This document shows positions 21,901-33,480 of a stretch of DNA of 64,000 nucleotides, one piece after another. Source of the DNA: Raja brachyura (taxonomy: Eukaryota); the NCBI GenBank assembly GCA_963514005.1, contig OY740814.1:17918001-17982000 (forward strand), in the 5' to 3' direction. The position numbers and the translations under genes are program-made. The notes beneath the pieces were generated by a model. It did not search any database, had not been told where the DNA came from, and saw nothing but the letters and a program-made list of their open reading frames with translations. The stretch's first letter is position 1, and each line of letters starts with the position of its first letter.

Positions 21901-24900
21901 GTTTTATATACAAAAAAAACTCCTTGATAATGACTAAACCATTCATGCCAGGAAGTTTCGGATATGATTACTAGTCTGAACTGAGTTAGGTGAGTTTGGC
22001 CACGATGCCAATTGTATTAAGCACCTTTGGGTGAGAAAGTGAGAAAATGTGGTCAATGTACGCCACTCGTCACTAACCTCTGCTGACAAGTATAGATGCG
22101 CGGATGTTAGTAGAAGAAAAGAATCCAGCTCGATTGTGACGCCCTTCATGGTTGGCTGCCTACTGACATTCACCAACATCAGCCATGGAGAACGGCCACG
22201 GGACATATTCCAGAGGGCAGCAAGTGACCATGGAACCTTGCCTTGCAGAAGATTGGGGGGGGGGGGGGAGAAAGGGTCACAGAAATAATTTTAAAATACT
22301 GTTTTCAGATGTGCTTTTTTTTTGGTTACCCTTTTGCAAAACTACATGTGTATAGTTTAATTATTGGGAGTAATTGGTCTCAGCTTGAAGGGTAATTAAT
22401 CCCAAAGAAAAGAAGAAAGTGGACCCCATGTGGTATTTAAGAAAAATAAAATGTAGCTGAACAGAAGAGTGGAAGAAGAGCTTCTGAGTCCTGTGCCAGG
22501 CATTTAAAGCAGCTAGTTTCTGCTTATTTGTTCCAGCATAACATATGTGTCCCTATTATGTTATAAAAGAAAAAGGCTCTTCAGTTTTAAACAGGCCTAA
22601 GCCTTTCTGTGGAACTGAGTTGAAGTCTGGATAATGAGCGATGCAGCCTCTCAAGGAAGAGTGAGCAGATAATACCATGTGGACACAGAGTCTGTATGCT
22701 GCTCTCAATTCCACTTAATGCATGCTGAAGCCACATCGAATTGCATTTCACATAAGCGTGATGGGTCATTAGATATAAGAGGAAATTGTCTCAGATGGGT
22801 TCAATAGACGCAACAAATATTTTACAAAACATTTTCCATTAACAGTGGAAGACAAAAAATGAGGCATTTGTATAGTAATATGCTAACATAGTGATTCCTT
22901 TTACAAGGAGATTGTGCCATATGTACTTCTGTTCTGTGAGATCAAACAGTGATAATTGAACTTTTCTCAATTTTTAAAATATACAATTTATATTTTGGAT
23001 GCTGAATCTCATTTTCATAGAACCAGAATAATAGGCAACAGATGAATTGGGGAGTTGAGAGAACGGAATAATATATTTAATCACAGAAGCAATGCTTCCA
23101 TCAGATTAATTCTACATTCATTGCACTTTTTCATTAAGAAGATTAATCAATGAATTGTGAAGAAATATGGCATATTATCCAGCCGCAAAACTCCCAGCAT
23201 GGGCTGCATAGCCATGTGGCCTTGATCCTGGGTTCTAACATCAGGCTTTTGAGCTAGCGGGATGTCAAACACCAACATGGGGAAAGGGATCCCTGAGTGT
23301 TTGCAATGGAATTTAATTTTGCTTTAAATGAATGTGATCCAAACTGAGCAAGGTTTAATATCATTTAGAACATTAAAACTGTAATATTTATAAGCCTCTC
23401 AAGAGTGGAGAACAGAGTAATACAACTGTTTGCCAACTGTAACCATTTAAGATCAACATCTGGAGATGGATCAAATTGAGGATGAGTTCCACAGACGAGG
23501 CTTCCATTCACTTGAGTATAGAAGACCAATGAGGAGAAGACACCCAATGTGGAGTAGCTCAGTGGATCAACATGGATAGGTGATGTTTCTGGTCAGAATC
23601 CTTCTCCAGAATCCTTCTGGTCAGAATCCTTCTCCAGACAAATGAGTAATTTTATTGAGGTGCTTATGTTGGTAGGGATTAACTATTGTTCATTAACCTT
23701 GGCACGGCCAACATTTCTTGCGTGTCCCGAACCATCTTTGAGGAGTTGATGAAGAAACACCACCTGGAACTGTTGCAGTTCTTAGGTTTGGTATTTTGTC
23801 AATGCTGTTCCGTAGGGAATACCAGGATTTAGACCTGATGAGTATGAAGGACTGATGAATTTCCTGTTTAGGATTTTAGGTGACTTAGACGGAAAGCTGG
23901 AGGTGGTGACAATCTCATGCTTGGTGATGGAGATTCTAGATGTGGAAGGGTAACTGCAATGCATCACTAGTGAAGTGAGTGAATGTTTAAGATGGTGAAT
24001 GGGATGTTAATCCAGCAAGCTGTTTTGTCCTGGATGGTGTTGAGCTTTATGAGTGTTGTTGACCCTGCATTCATTCTGGCAAGAAGAGGATATTTCATCA
24101 TATACCTGACATGTCTTACTAATGGTGAAAAGCAGTATGCAATAGGTTATAACATTGCATGATTTATTATGCGACCTGCTTTTGTAGCCCTAGTAATTAT
24201 GTGGCTGATCCAGTTAATTTTCTGTAGGATAATCGATTAATGGAGTATTTCCTGTGATAGGGTATTTCTGAGCCTGGCAATATAACATTATATTTTCAGC
24301 ATGGCTGGTTATGCAGATGACGGGAAGTACATCTTCAATTATAGAATGATAGATCTTCGAAACGTGCTCCTTGTGCCTGAGAGTCAACTTAAAATTTCAA
24401 AACTGAGATTGATAGCTTTTTGATAGAAAAGGTATTAAGGGTTAGATAACTATGATAGATAGATGATGTTACGGTACAGATCAATCGTGTTTGAATTGAA
24501 TGGTGGAACAGGTTCAAAGGGCTGAATGGCCCACTTCTATAGCAAGACAGATGATAGCTGATTTTCTACAGAAGGCATTATGGTGTTGTGATTACACTAC
24601 TTGCAAATAATCTGGGGTCCTGTTCTAACAGACCAGATAATGTGAATTCACTCCGACCAGCATACTTCTGTCAGTTGGCTCTGTGGAACATAAAAGACAG
24701 TCAGCACTTCAGGAAATTAGAGAATAAAACGGAGAGTAAAGGATTTCAGTCTGGGCAGAGATCCAAATAGGTAAATGTATGTCATTTATGCAGTGTGCTG
24801 CTTTTTTAATTCAGAGAATTTAAAAGAAATAAAGCATTAAAGATCTCATTTAAATTGTATTAAACCCAAGCAATATTGGTGCAGCATGCTATAATTCCAG

Positions 24901-25169
24901 TTGCTGGTAACTTAAAATGGTAATTTAAAACTACAGGGTAGAAATTTATGATCACCACTGTTCTCGCACAAATGCTTAAAATGTGCATACTAAATTACTT
25001 CAACTTCCAACATAAACAATTGGGTGACAAGATTGTGCAAGAGGGAAACAAAACTCTACAATTGTTGCGGCACCATTATTAAGCAGCACGAGTGATGGAC
25101 AACTGCAGCTTGCACCTTCCTGTCCAGTTACTAGTGTGGTCTTTATACTAGTCTGTATTTTGGGGGAAC

Positions 25170-26400
25170 AATGAGGACTCAGCATAAAGATCAAACTGAA
25201 GGTGTATTGTGCTATTGTCAGACCCACCTCACTCTTTGCTAATGAGATAGGGCAGTGTACAGCAGACATGCCAAAAACCTTAACCATTTTCACATGACCT
25301 TTTTGTTTTGTTTAATTTAGTTTATTATTGTCGCGTGTACCAAGGTACAGTGAAAAGCTTTTTGTTGCCTGCTAGCCAGTCAGTGAAAAGACTATACATG
25401 ATTACTATTAAGCCGTCCACAGTGTACAGGATAGAGGGAATGACTTTTATTGCAAGGAAAGTCCGATTAAAGATAGTCCGATGGTCTCCAATAGGTAGAT
25501 GATAGTTCAGTACCGCTCTCCAGTTGGTGATAGGATGGTTCAGTTGCCTGATAACAGCTGGGAAGAAATTGTCCATGAACCTGGAGGTTTGCATTTTCAC
25601 ACTTCTGTACCTTTTGCCTGATGGGAATGGGGAGAAGAGTGGCTGGGATGCGACTCGTCCTTGATTATGTTGGTGGCCTTGCCGAAGCAGTATGAAGTGT
25701 AGTTGGAGTCAATGGAAGAGAGGTTGGTTTATGTGATCCGGGCTACGTCCACAATTTCTTGCATTCTTGGATGGAACTGTTCCCAATCCATGCTGTGATC
25801 AAGTGGCAAGACAAGATTTCAGATACGTGATTCTGTATCAGCCAAACCTCAGCATCTACACATTGCAGGGAGAATCACAGATCAGGTGGGCGAGACATAT
25901 CAGAAGAATATCTTATGACAGGACACCAAAGCAGCTACTTAATGGTGAGCTGACTGAGGACAATTGGTCATGTGGTGGACAGAAAAAGAGATTCAAAGAG
26001 TCTCTAAGAAGAAGTCTCTCTTCTTCTCCTTGCGTGTGGCGTGCACAGCCTAAAGTTGTAGGGCAACTTGTTCTATTTGATCTTCTTTCAATATGCACAC
26101 CAGGTTGATTGCATTGGTCGAAGCAAGGAGGACCACGTGAAGGTTGCAATCTCCCACCCCAGGAACCTCCCTGGAGAGCTTCAATAGTGACACACACAAC
26201 TTGGAATAATAAGCCCTGTATCAAACTATTTGGCAGACCAAAAGGTGGTGCTTGCTCACATGAGGAAGCTTGAATGGAGGAATCTTAACAGGAAAAGAGA
26301 AATTGAGAAATGCAGAACCACTGAATGCTACAGCTTCCCAACACACCTATGGAAGGAACTTTCAAGCCCTTCGGTCTAAGTCGTGGTCCTACTTGAGAAC
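25170..26400 (+). mobile_element. RTE-clade LINE fragment, split by a Rex/Babar insertion
   Basis: KIKLKVYCAIVRPT...VYSRHAKNLNHFHM | IKWQDKI...QIRWARHIRRISYDRTPKQLLNGEL...GGQKKRFKESLR. Confidence 0.75.
25305..25795 (-). mobile_element. Rex1/Babar-type LINE 3' end nested in the RTE
   Basis: TSRFMDNFFPAVIRQLN; 3' UTR and (taaac)n-like tail. Confidence 0.8.
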
Positions 26401-27257
26401 GAGTGATGAACCACAACAATTTGGTTCAATGGGAGTCTAAGTGGCTTTATAGCTGAGCTACAAAAAGCCTGAAGATAAGTCTGTAGAGTTCTCAAGTTTG
26501 CTGCCAAACTATTCCCGAATAACTTTAAAATATAATAGGATGATTAGTAATCTTTAAAGTGCCTTGAATTATTTGCATCTGTTTTAATTTCCAATTTATT
26601 GAGGCAGGCATAAAGAAAGAATGAATTTGAACAAAATGGTGGCGAGCTCTTGAACCGTTTGCGGTGAAGGTGGTCTTTCAGGAGAGGGGTGGGGGAGGAG
26701 AGAGAGAGAGAGAGAGAGATTTTAGGCTCTGTGGTAATACATGTTTAGGATAGTAGATGGGGTGGCAATCAAATCATCTGCTGTGTCTTGGATGGCGTGA
26801 GCTTCTTGAGTGTTGTTGGAACAGTCCTCATGTGAAGAGTCCTCATGCTCTTGACTTGTATCTTGTAGATTGTGGAAAGGAGTTCAGAAGTGAGTTAGTC
26901 ACCAGAGTATAACCAGCCTCAGAAACACTGTCATTAACCTGATATTTACATGGCTAATCCAATTAAGTTCTTGGTCAATGGCAATACCCAGAATTTTGAG
27001 TTGGGGCGTTTCTCAATAAAGTTAATGCCATTGGATATCAAGGGCAGGTGGTTCAATTTTCTCTCGTTGCCGATGTCTATTGTCATATCTTGTTGTTACT
27101 CAAGTCCTACCAACCTTTGTTGTCCAGGTCTTTCTACATTCAGGTATGGTTTGCTCCATTTGGTGAGGAATTAGGAATGGAATTAAACTTTGTAACTCTC
27201 AACAAACATTATAATTTCTGACCTTATGGTAGAAAGACGATGATTAATGAAGCAGCT

Positions 27258-27506
27258 GGGTTTAATCCTGAGTTTGGGTGCTGTCAGTATGGAGTTGGTA
27301 TGTTCTCCCTGTGATCACGTGGGTTTGCTCTGGTTTCCTCCACATTCCAAAGATGTGCAGGTCTGTACGTTAGTTGGCTTCTCTAAGTTGCACTAGTGTG
27401 TGGGATAGGACTAGTGTACAGGTGATTGTTGGTCAGTATGGACTCAGTGGGCTGAAGGGCCTGTTTCAGCGCTGTATCTCTAAACTAAACTAAGCTGACC
27501 TAAACC
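27258..27506 (+). mobile_element. V-SINE (HE1-like)
   Basis: V-domain tatggagttggtatgttctccctgtgatcacgtgggttt...ccaaaga; tail gggctgaagggcctgtttc...tctaaactaaac. Confidence 0.8.
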
Positions 27507-27684
27507 GTCTTTCTTTGTATGATTACAACCACTGGAGTGTTTATACCTTGCAGCCTGTTAACTTCAGTTCTACCAGACCTTAATGCCACACTTGGTCAAT
27601 ACTAAATATTCAGGGCAATCACTCTCATCTCCGTCTTGAATTCAGTTCATGTTTGGACCGAGGCTGTGGTGAGGTCTGGTCCAA

Positions 27685-27943
27685 AGTCCAGAGACCCGGG
27701 TTCGATCCTGACCACTGGTGCTGTCTGTATGGAATTTGTACGTTCTCCCTGTGACCACGAGGGTCTTCCCTGGGTATTCCAGTTTTTCCCCACACTCCAA
27801 AGACTCCAGGTTTGTAGGTTAATTTGGGTTTGTGCAAATTGTAATTTGTCCCTAGTCTGTAGGATACAGGGATCGCTGACTTAGTGTCCGAAGGGCATAT
27901 TTCCATTCTGTATCTCTAAACTGAATTTAAACTAAACTGAAAC
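27685..27943 (+). mobile_element. V-SINE (HE1-like)
   Basis: B box ggttcgatcc, V-domain, tail tctaaactgaatttaaactaaac. Confidence 0.82.
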
Positions 27944-28289
27944 TGGGCATTAATGGTAAATTTTGAGGTCTTATTTCAATACCCACCTTTGCCCATCGAG
28001 TCATGACAGCATTGCAAAATTTTCATTTGAACTGATATATTACTTGATCATCATTGCTGCAGAAGAATAACCAGCATTTTTTTATAATTTGAATGCAGGC
28101 ACTCTTTAAGTTTATTTAATACCTTTGATGTAGAAAAGGTCACAGGGCCTTTATGACTCCGGGGGCAATGGACCAGAAAGGGGTAAATGAGATCAGTCTA
28201 AATAGGTGCAATGGCAATCATGGACATGCTAGTCTGAATGGCCTGTTTCGGTTCTGTGTGATTCTATGCCTGTATGGACATTCATAAAG

Positions 28290-29020
28290 AAATATTACAA
28301 TACTGTACAAAACATAGGAAAAGGGTGACCAGAACAACAAAGATGTGATTCCACTGAAGAGGATGGAGTTGAGCTTTATGAAGGTATTGTTAGGACATGA
28401 AAATTGTAGCCATGACAAAAGATTGGATAAGCTTGGGTTGTTTTCTTTGGAGTGGAGGCAGCTGAGGGGAGATTTAATTGTGATATATAATGTTAGGCAG
28501 GGCCTAGATAGTGTATATGGGTAGGACCTCTTAGGAGATGGATCACAAAAGTAGCCCCTCTTTCCTCTCTCACATTATGCCTGTGCCCATTAGTTCTTAC
28601 TTCTCCAACCCTGGGGAATAAAGATTCTGTGCATTCATCCTTTGTATTCCCCTCATGATTTTCTACACCACTATAAGATCACCCCTCAGCTCTTGTGCTC
28701 CAAGGCACATGGTCCTAGCCTGCTCAACTGCTCAGGCCCTCCAGTCCTGGCACCATTCTTGTACATCTGCTCTGCGGTCTTTCCAGCTTAATGTCATCCT
28801 TCCTCGAGCAGGGTAAGGAAAACGGAACACAATACTCCAAATGTGACGTCGCCAACATCCTGTGCAACTGTAAAATAATATCCCAACGTCTAAACGTAGA
28901 ACTGCCGAAGGCCAGTGTGGCAAAAAAAATCTATACCACCCTATCTACTTTTTGATGCAATTTTCAGGGAACTATGTACTTTGACTCTTAGGTCCCTCTG
29001 CTTGACAATGCTTCCAAGGG
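28290..29020. mobile_element. CR1 LINE fragments (+ at about 28290-28540, - at about 28560-29020)
   Basis: RLDKLGLFSLEWRQLRGDLI on +; reverse CR1 RT C-terminus (HLEYCV-like, QLERPQSRCTRMVPGLEGLS). Confidence 0.7.
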
Positions 29021-30456
29021 CTGTAAAAGGCAGATAGTGGGGAATATTTAAATCAGTGAATTGCAGTTACCAGAATTGGTCTGGCCCTTACTGCTTGAAA
29101 GGGTGGAGGAGGAAAAAACTCATATTTTTTTAGGGGTTCTGTTGGGATTAAAGGTGATTTCAACTCTTGTTCTGAGATATCTCATGAGGGCATTGTGGAA
29201 ACTGCAAACTCTTCTCATAGATGTAGTATTTTATTATAATATCTGTAATATTGTTACATTCGTAGTTGGCCAGATTTTGCATAATGATGAGATGGAGTGT
29301 AGGAAGGAGATGGAGGGTGATGTACATGCCCCAATCGGCATCAATGGTGCCAAAGTAAGATTGGTCTCGAGCTTCATGTTCCTCAGCAAAATATCACCAA
29401 CAATTTGGCTCCTTTGCATGACTTGATGTACTCATGTATGGCATGGCATGATTTTTCTGAAAACAAAACAAACGTTTCACTGTATCTATAATGATTAGCA
29501 ACACTTTCTCTTCCCCCCTCTCCCCCCCTCTCCCCCCTCTCGAAGGATACGGGGAGCATCTTCGCCAAGTTCCTGGGATAATCCCATTCTACAGATTGTT
29601 CTAGAGTGTCAGATTTAATATCAACTCCAAATGGTGTGATATTCAGCAGTTCAAGAACTGTCACCACTGAAATGGAGCATCAGCTACATGATCTTAAATT
29701 CTTTGTATGAATGAATGTTAAATGACTTCCTTTGCTGTCATCACACACTCAGCAGGTGCAATCAATAGGAAACAGCATGCCATGACTGTAATAATAAATG
29801 AGAAAAAAACTTGAAACCACACGACACAATTAAAAGCCAGCAGTAATTTTCCTGAGGACTCGGTGGCTAAATCTACCACGCGGTATGGAACTGACCAGAT
29901 CTGTACTTTAGTTAACGACTAGACAGGATTAGATATGGCTGTGCAACCTTTGGCTCCAGCTGGAACATTGACTATGACTTCTGTTCCAACAATGTCCAGC
30001 ATTTCTGCTTGAGGCACACACAGGGTATCATTATATATGGTCAATAACAGCTTGGCTCTCATGGCTTATTGGTTAACTAGCCCACCCACGAAGGTTGACC
30101 ACTTGAGATCACATAGCTCTTGAGAGCTAAAGATATTGGTGCAGAGGATAGGGACAGCTCGCATTGATTTGATGAGATCTAGATCCGAAGAAGGGTCCTG
30201 CCCTGAGACATCGCCGAACTATGTCCTCCAGAAAAGCTGCCTGACCTGCTGAGTCACTCCAGCATTTAGTGTTTTTTCAAACAGAAACCAACATCTGCAG
30301 TTCCTTTTGTTTTTTAGAAACACAAGTTATATTAGCACGGGTAAACAAACAGCTGCCATCTTTACTTGTGTGACCCATGTGACTGTTGATTTTCCAGTTT
30401 CCATTTTAAAGCAGAATGTAATCTCTGCTAATGTTTATGTTTGATTTGTTATGCAG

Positions 30457-30577
30457 GAACCTGCTGAGATAAAGATGGCCAAGGAATTGCCTGGAGTTTT
30501 GGCAGAGCATGCACAACCAGTTAATCAGGAAATATTCCCGACGTGGGAAAAGTTCTTAAATATGTTCGTCTGTCAAG
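30457..30577 (+). CDS. IQCH: IQCH internal coding exon (121 nt, phase 0 to 1; absent from the ORF track)
   Basis: Acceptor atgcAG, donor GTatat. Hand translation gives [40 protein letters not shown](G). The phase bridges the flanking exons exactly. Confidence 0.9.
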
Positions 30578-30674
30578 GTATATTTTCTTATTTTGACGAT
30601 GTACTTTTATAACATTGGAAATCCTGTTTTTATTTTTCAATCAATTTGATTCCAAGATTGGTTGCAGCGGTAAC

Positions 30675-30900
30675 ACAAATAGGTCAGTGAGTTCGCACAC
30701 AGCGAGCTGCACAAATTAAAGTGAACCCAGCTAATCAGTTTTGGTGCTGCAGGTTAGGCAATTGTTCATTTATGCCCTGCGATATCCTACCTGAATAGGC
30801 AGAGTCTAGTTTAATGTCTCATCCAAAAGGCATTATCTCTAATTTTATAGCACCCCATCAATGTTGCTTTGATGTCGCACTGACGACGGGATTTTGAAGC
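30675..30900 (-). mobile_element. Degenerate Deu-type SINE
   Basis: cgcacacagcgagctgcacaaa...gtttaatgtctcatccaaaaggca resembles 14650-14850. Confidence 0.45.
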
Positions 30901-31284
30901 CGTAATTCCTGCCACCAAGAAGGAATAAGGACTTTGAGTACATGCAAACACCACCCTCTACAAATATATTATCCTTCCTTCAACCGGGTCTAAATCTTGG
31001 AACTCACTTCCACACAACATTTGTGAGAGTATGGTTAACAGGATTGAAGCATTTCAAGAACATGTCTGATCAATGTTATGATTAGGAGCTTTAGAAATCA
31101 GAAACACAGATTTCTACAAGTACCTGATATTACTGGTAGGCTGTTAGCATTAATTTGATCGTACAGTATTCAACAAAAGTAGAAATGTTTTCTTTCCCCA
31201 ATCCTTCTCTACTTTCCCTCTTCAGAATACATAAACTCTGCTGAAGACTGGTTTCTGTGGATCAGGTTAATTCAAGTTGAGTTT

Positions 31285-31465
31285 AATTTAGTTTTGTTTA
31301 TTGTCAGGTGTACAGTGAAAAGCTTTTTGTTGTGCGCTATCCAGTCAGTGGAAAGAGTATACATGATTACAATTGAGCCATGTACAGATACAGGATAAAG
31401 GGAATAATGGTTAGTGCATTAAAAGTCCAGTAAAGTCCGATTAGAGGTAGTCTGAGGATCTTCAA
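31285..31465 (-). mobile_element. Rex/Babar 3' UTR fragment
   Basis: Matches 25320-25490. Confidence 0.7.
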
Positions 31466-31734
31466 TGCATGTGTTTATGCACAAGTATGGTGAGGTACGG
31501 GCACAATGAAAAATCATTGATGTGTCCACAGAATAATTGTTAACCACTTCCCATGCATAGTAGAATCCTTGGACAGATACATGGACAGGAAAGTGTGCAG
31601 GGGATATGGCCAATGAGGGCAAGTGGAGCTAGCATAGATTGGCATCTTGGTCGGCATGGACGAATTGTGCCAAAGGGTCTGTGTCCATACTCTCTGGTTC
31701 TAATCCAATTCTGTCTTAACGTTAGACCCAAGCA

Positions 31735-32495
31735 CCTGTTTCTCCTGGCAGTAGGGGGAAGCCGCAGACCCTGCTCCCTCCATAACTCCCTGGTCAATTT
31801 GTCCCTTCCCAACCAAACCACCCCCTCCCCTGGTACTTTCCCTTGCAACTGCCACACTTGTCAGGAAACGCCACACTTGTCGCTTAATCTCCCCCCTTGA
31901 CGCCATCCAAGGACACAAGCAATCTTTCTAGGTGAGGCAGAGGTACACCTTCACCTCCTCCAACCTCATCTACTGCATCCACTGTTCTAGGTGCCAGTTG
32001 CTCTACATCGGTGAGACCAAGCGTAGGCTTGGCGATCGCTTCGCCCAACACCCCCGCTCGGTACGCACTAACCAGCCTGATCTCCCGGTGGCCCAGCACT
32101 TCAACTCCCCTCCCATTCCGAATCCGACCTTTCTGTCCTGGGCCTCCTCCATTGTCAGAGTGAGGCCCAGCGCAAATTGGTGGAGCAGCACCTCATATTT
32201 TGCTTGGTCAGTTTACACCCCAGCGGTATGAGCATTGACTTCTCCAATTTCAGGTAGTCCTTGCTTTCTCCCTCCTTCCCCTCCCCTTTCCAGCTTTCCC
32301 ACAACCTTATGTCTCCGCCTCTTCCTTTCATCTTCCCGCCCCCCCCCCCCCTTCCACCTCCACATCAGTCTGAAGAAGGGTCTCGACCCGAAACGTCACC
32401 TATTCCTTCACTCCATAGATGCTGCCTCACCCGCCGAGTTTCTCCAGCATTTTTGTCTACCTTCGATTTTTCCAGCATCTGCAGTTCTTTCTTAA
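31735..32495 (+). mobile_element. Penelope-like element: GIY-YIG endonuclease and 3' terminal region
   Basis: TSSNLIYCIHCSRCQLLYIGETKRRLGDRFAQH..SV...PVAQHFNS, preceded by a C-x2-C region. Terminal motif ctgaagaagggtctcgacccgaaacgtc. Confidence 0.92.
32370..32397 (+). ncRNA. Minimal hammerhead-ribozyme-type motif in the Penelope terminus
   Basis: CUGAAGA-A-[GGGUC-UC-GACCC]-GAAA-CG-UC: both core boxes, a 5-bp stem II, palindromic ACGU stem III and a GUC triplet. Stem I is weak. Confidence 0.6.
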
Positions 32496-33039
32496 ACTTT
32501 CTACATCTGTCTAGTCTGAGAGCAAGCTTGGAACAGGCTGTGGACCAAACCTTTTGTTGTCTGGTCTGCTAAGTTCAGCTATAAGCTGGATAATTCTGTT
32601 AAATCTTAAGGAGCTGTTGCATTTCAATTTGATTTGTCTCTCTTGCAGCATTTGTAAAAGAAGGTCACTGTATTTATTTTTCCTAATATTTTTATAAGAT
32701 TGATTTATCGAGCAATCAAATCCTTGAATTAAACTCACTACAGAGTTATAAAACATAGTAAAGCATATAAAAAGAAAAATTGCATTTTGCCCACTGTTAA
32801 TATTGACTGACTACAATCTTCTTTACTTGTACATTGTAGTTATTGCATTAAAGTCTAAAAATTATTACCTATCATTATAACATATGAACACAATGTTTGG
32901 ATTGCAGCTAATACTAACCTTTAACCTCCTGGGGGAAAAGTATTCTAAAAATGCTGCTTGATCCCTATAAATAATCAAATCATCCAGCATCTTTATGCCT
33001 ACAATGTTCATTGCTCAGATGGCTGTACTTCTTACTTTA

Positions 33040-33480
33040 CATACATACATACAATACGATAATACTTTATTGTCAGAGCGAGTCTGAAATTTGTTTTGCA
33101 TCACAGAAGCTCCATTTACAGCATCACAAAAAAGACAAGAGGGGCGAAAGAAAACACGCATCAAGATATAAAGACAGGATCCCAAAATACCCACATCCGA
33201 CAAGACATTACAATAACAGGAGACCACATTTATGGCCCGTCAGCGGACGTTTGATCTGGGATTAAGCACGTGTTTAGTTCAAAGATTGACTGGTGCACAA
33301 AAAAGCCCATCGTACTAACCTTATTAAATTTTGGAACCCTATATCTCAGATTTGATGGTAACAAATTGTACTCGCTATTCAGAACGTGGTTGGCGTCAGA
33401 GGAAATGTTAATGGCCATCCTTAGTATGTTTTTAAGGTAGGATGATAGATACAATGATAGAACATCCTTGCTGCCCAAAT
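33040..33480 (-). mobile_element. Rex/Babar-like LINE 3' end from a different subfamily
   Basis: ISSDANHVLNSEYNLLPSNLRYRVPK...FFVHQSIFELN; aataaagtatt plus (gtat)n tail. Confidence 0.65.

Noticed and set aside
23587-23640. 28-bp tandem duplication
   Set aside because: A simple slippage duplication in a decayed Penelope terminus, with no sign of function.
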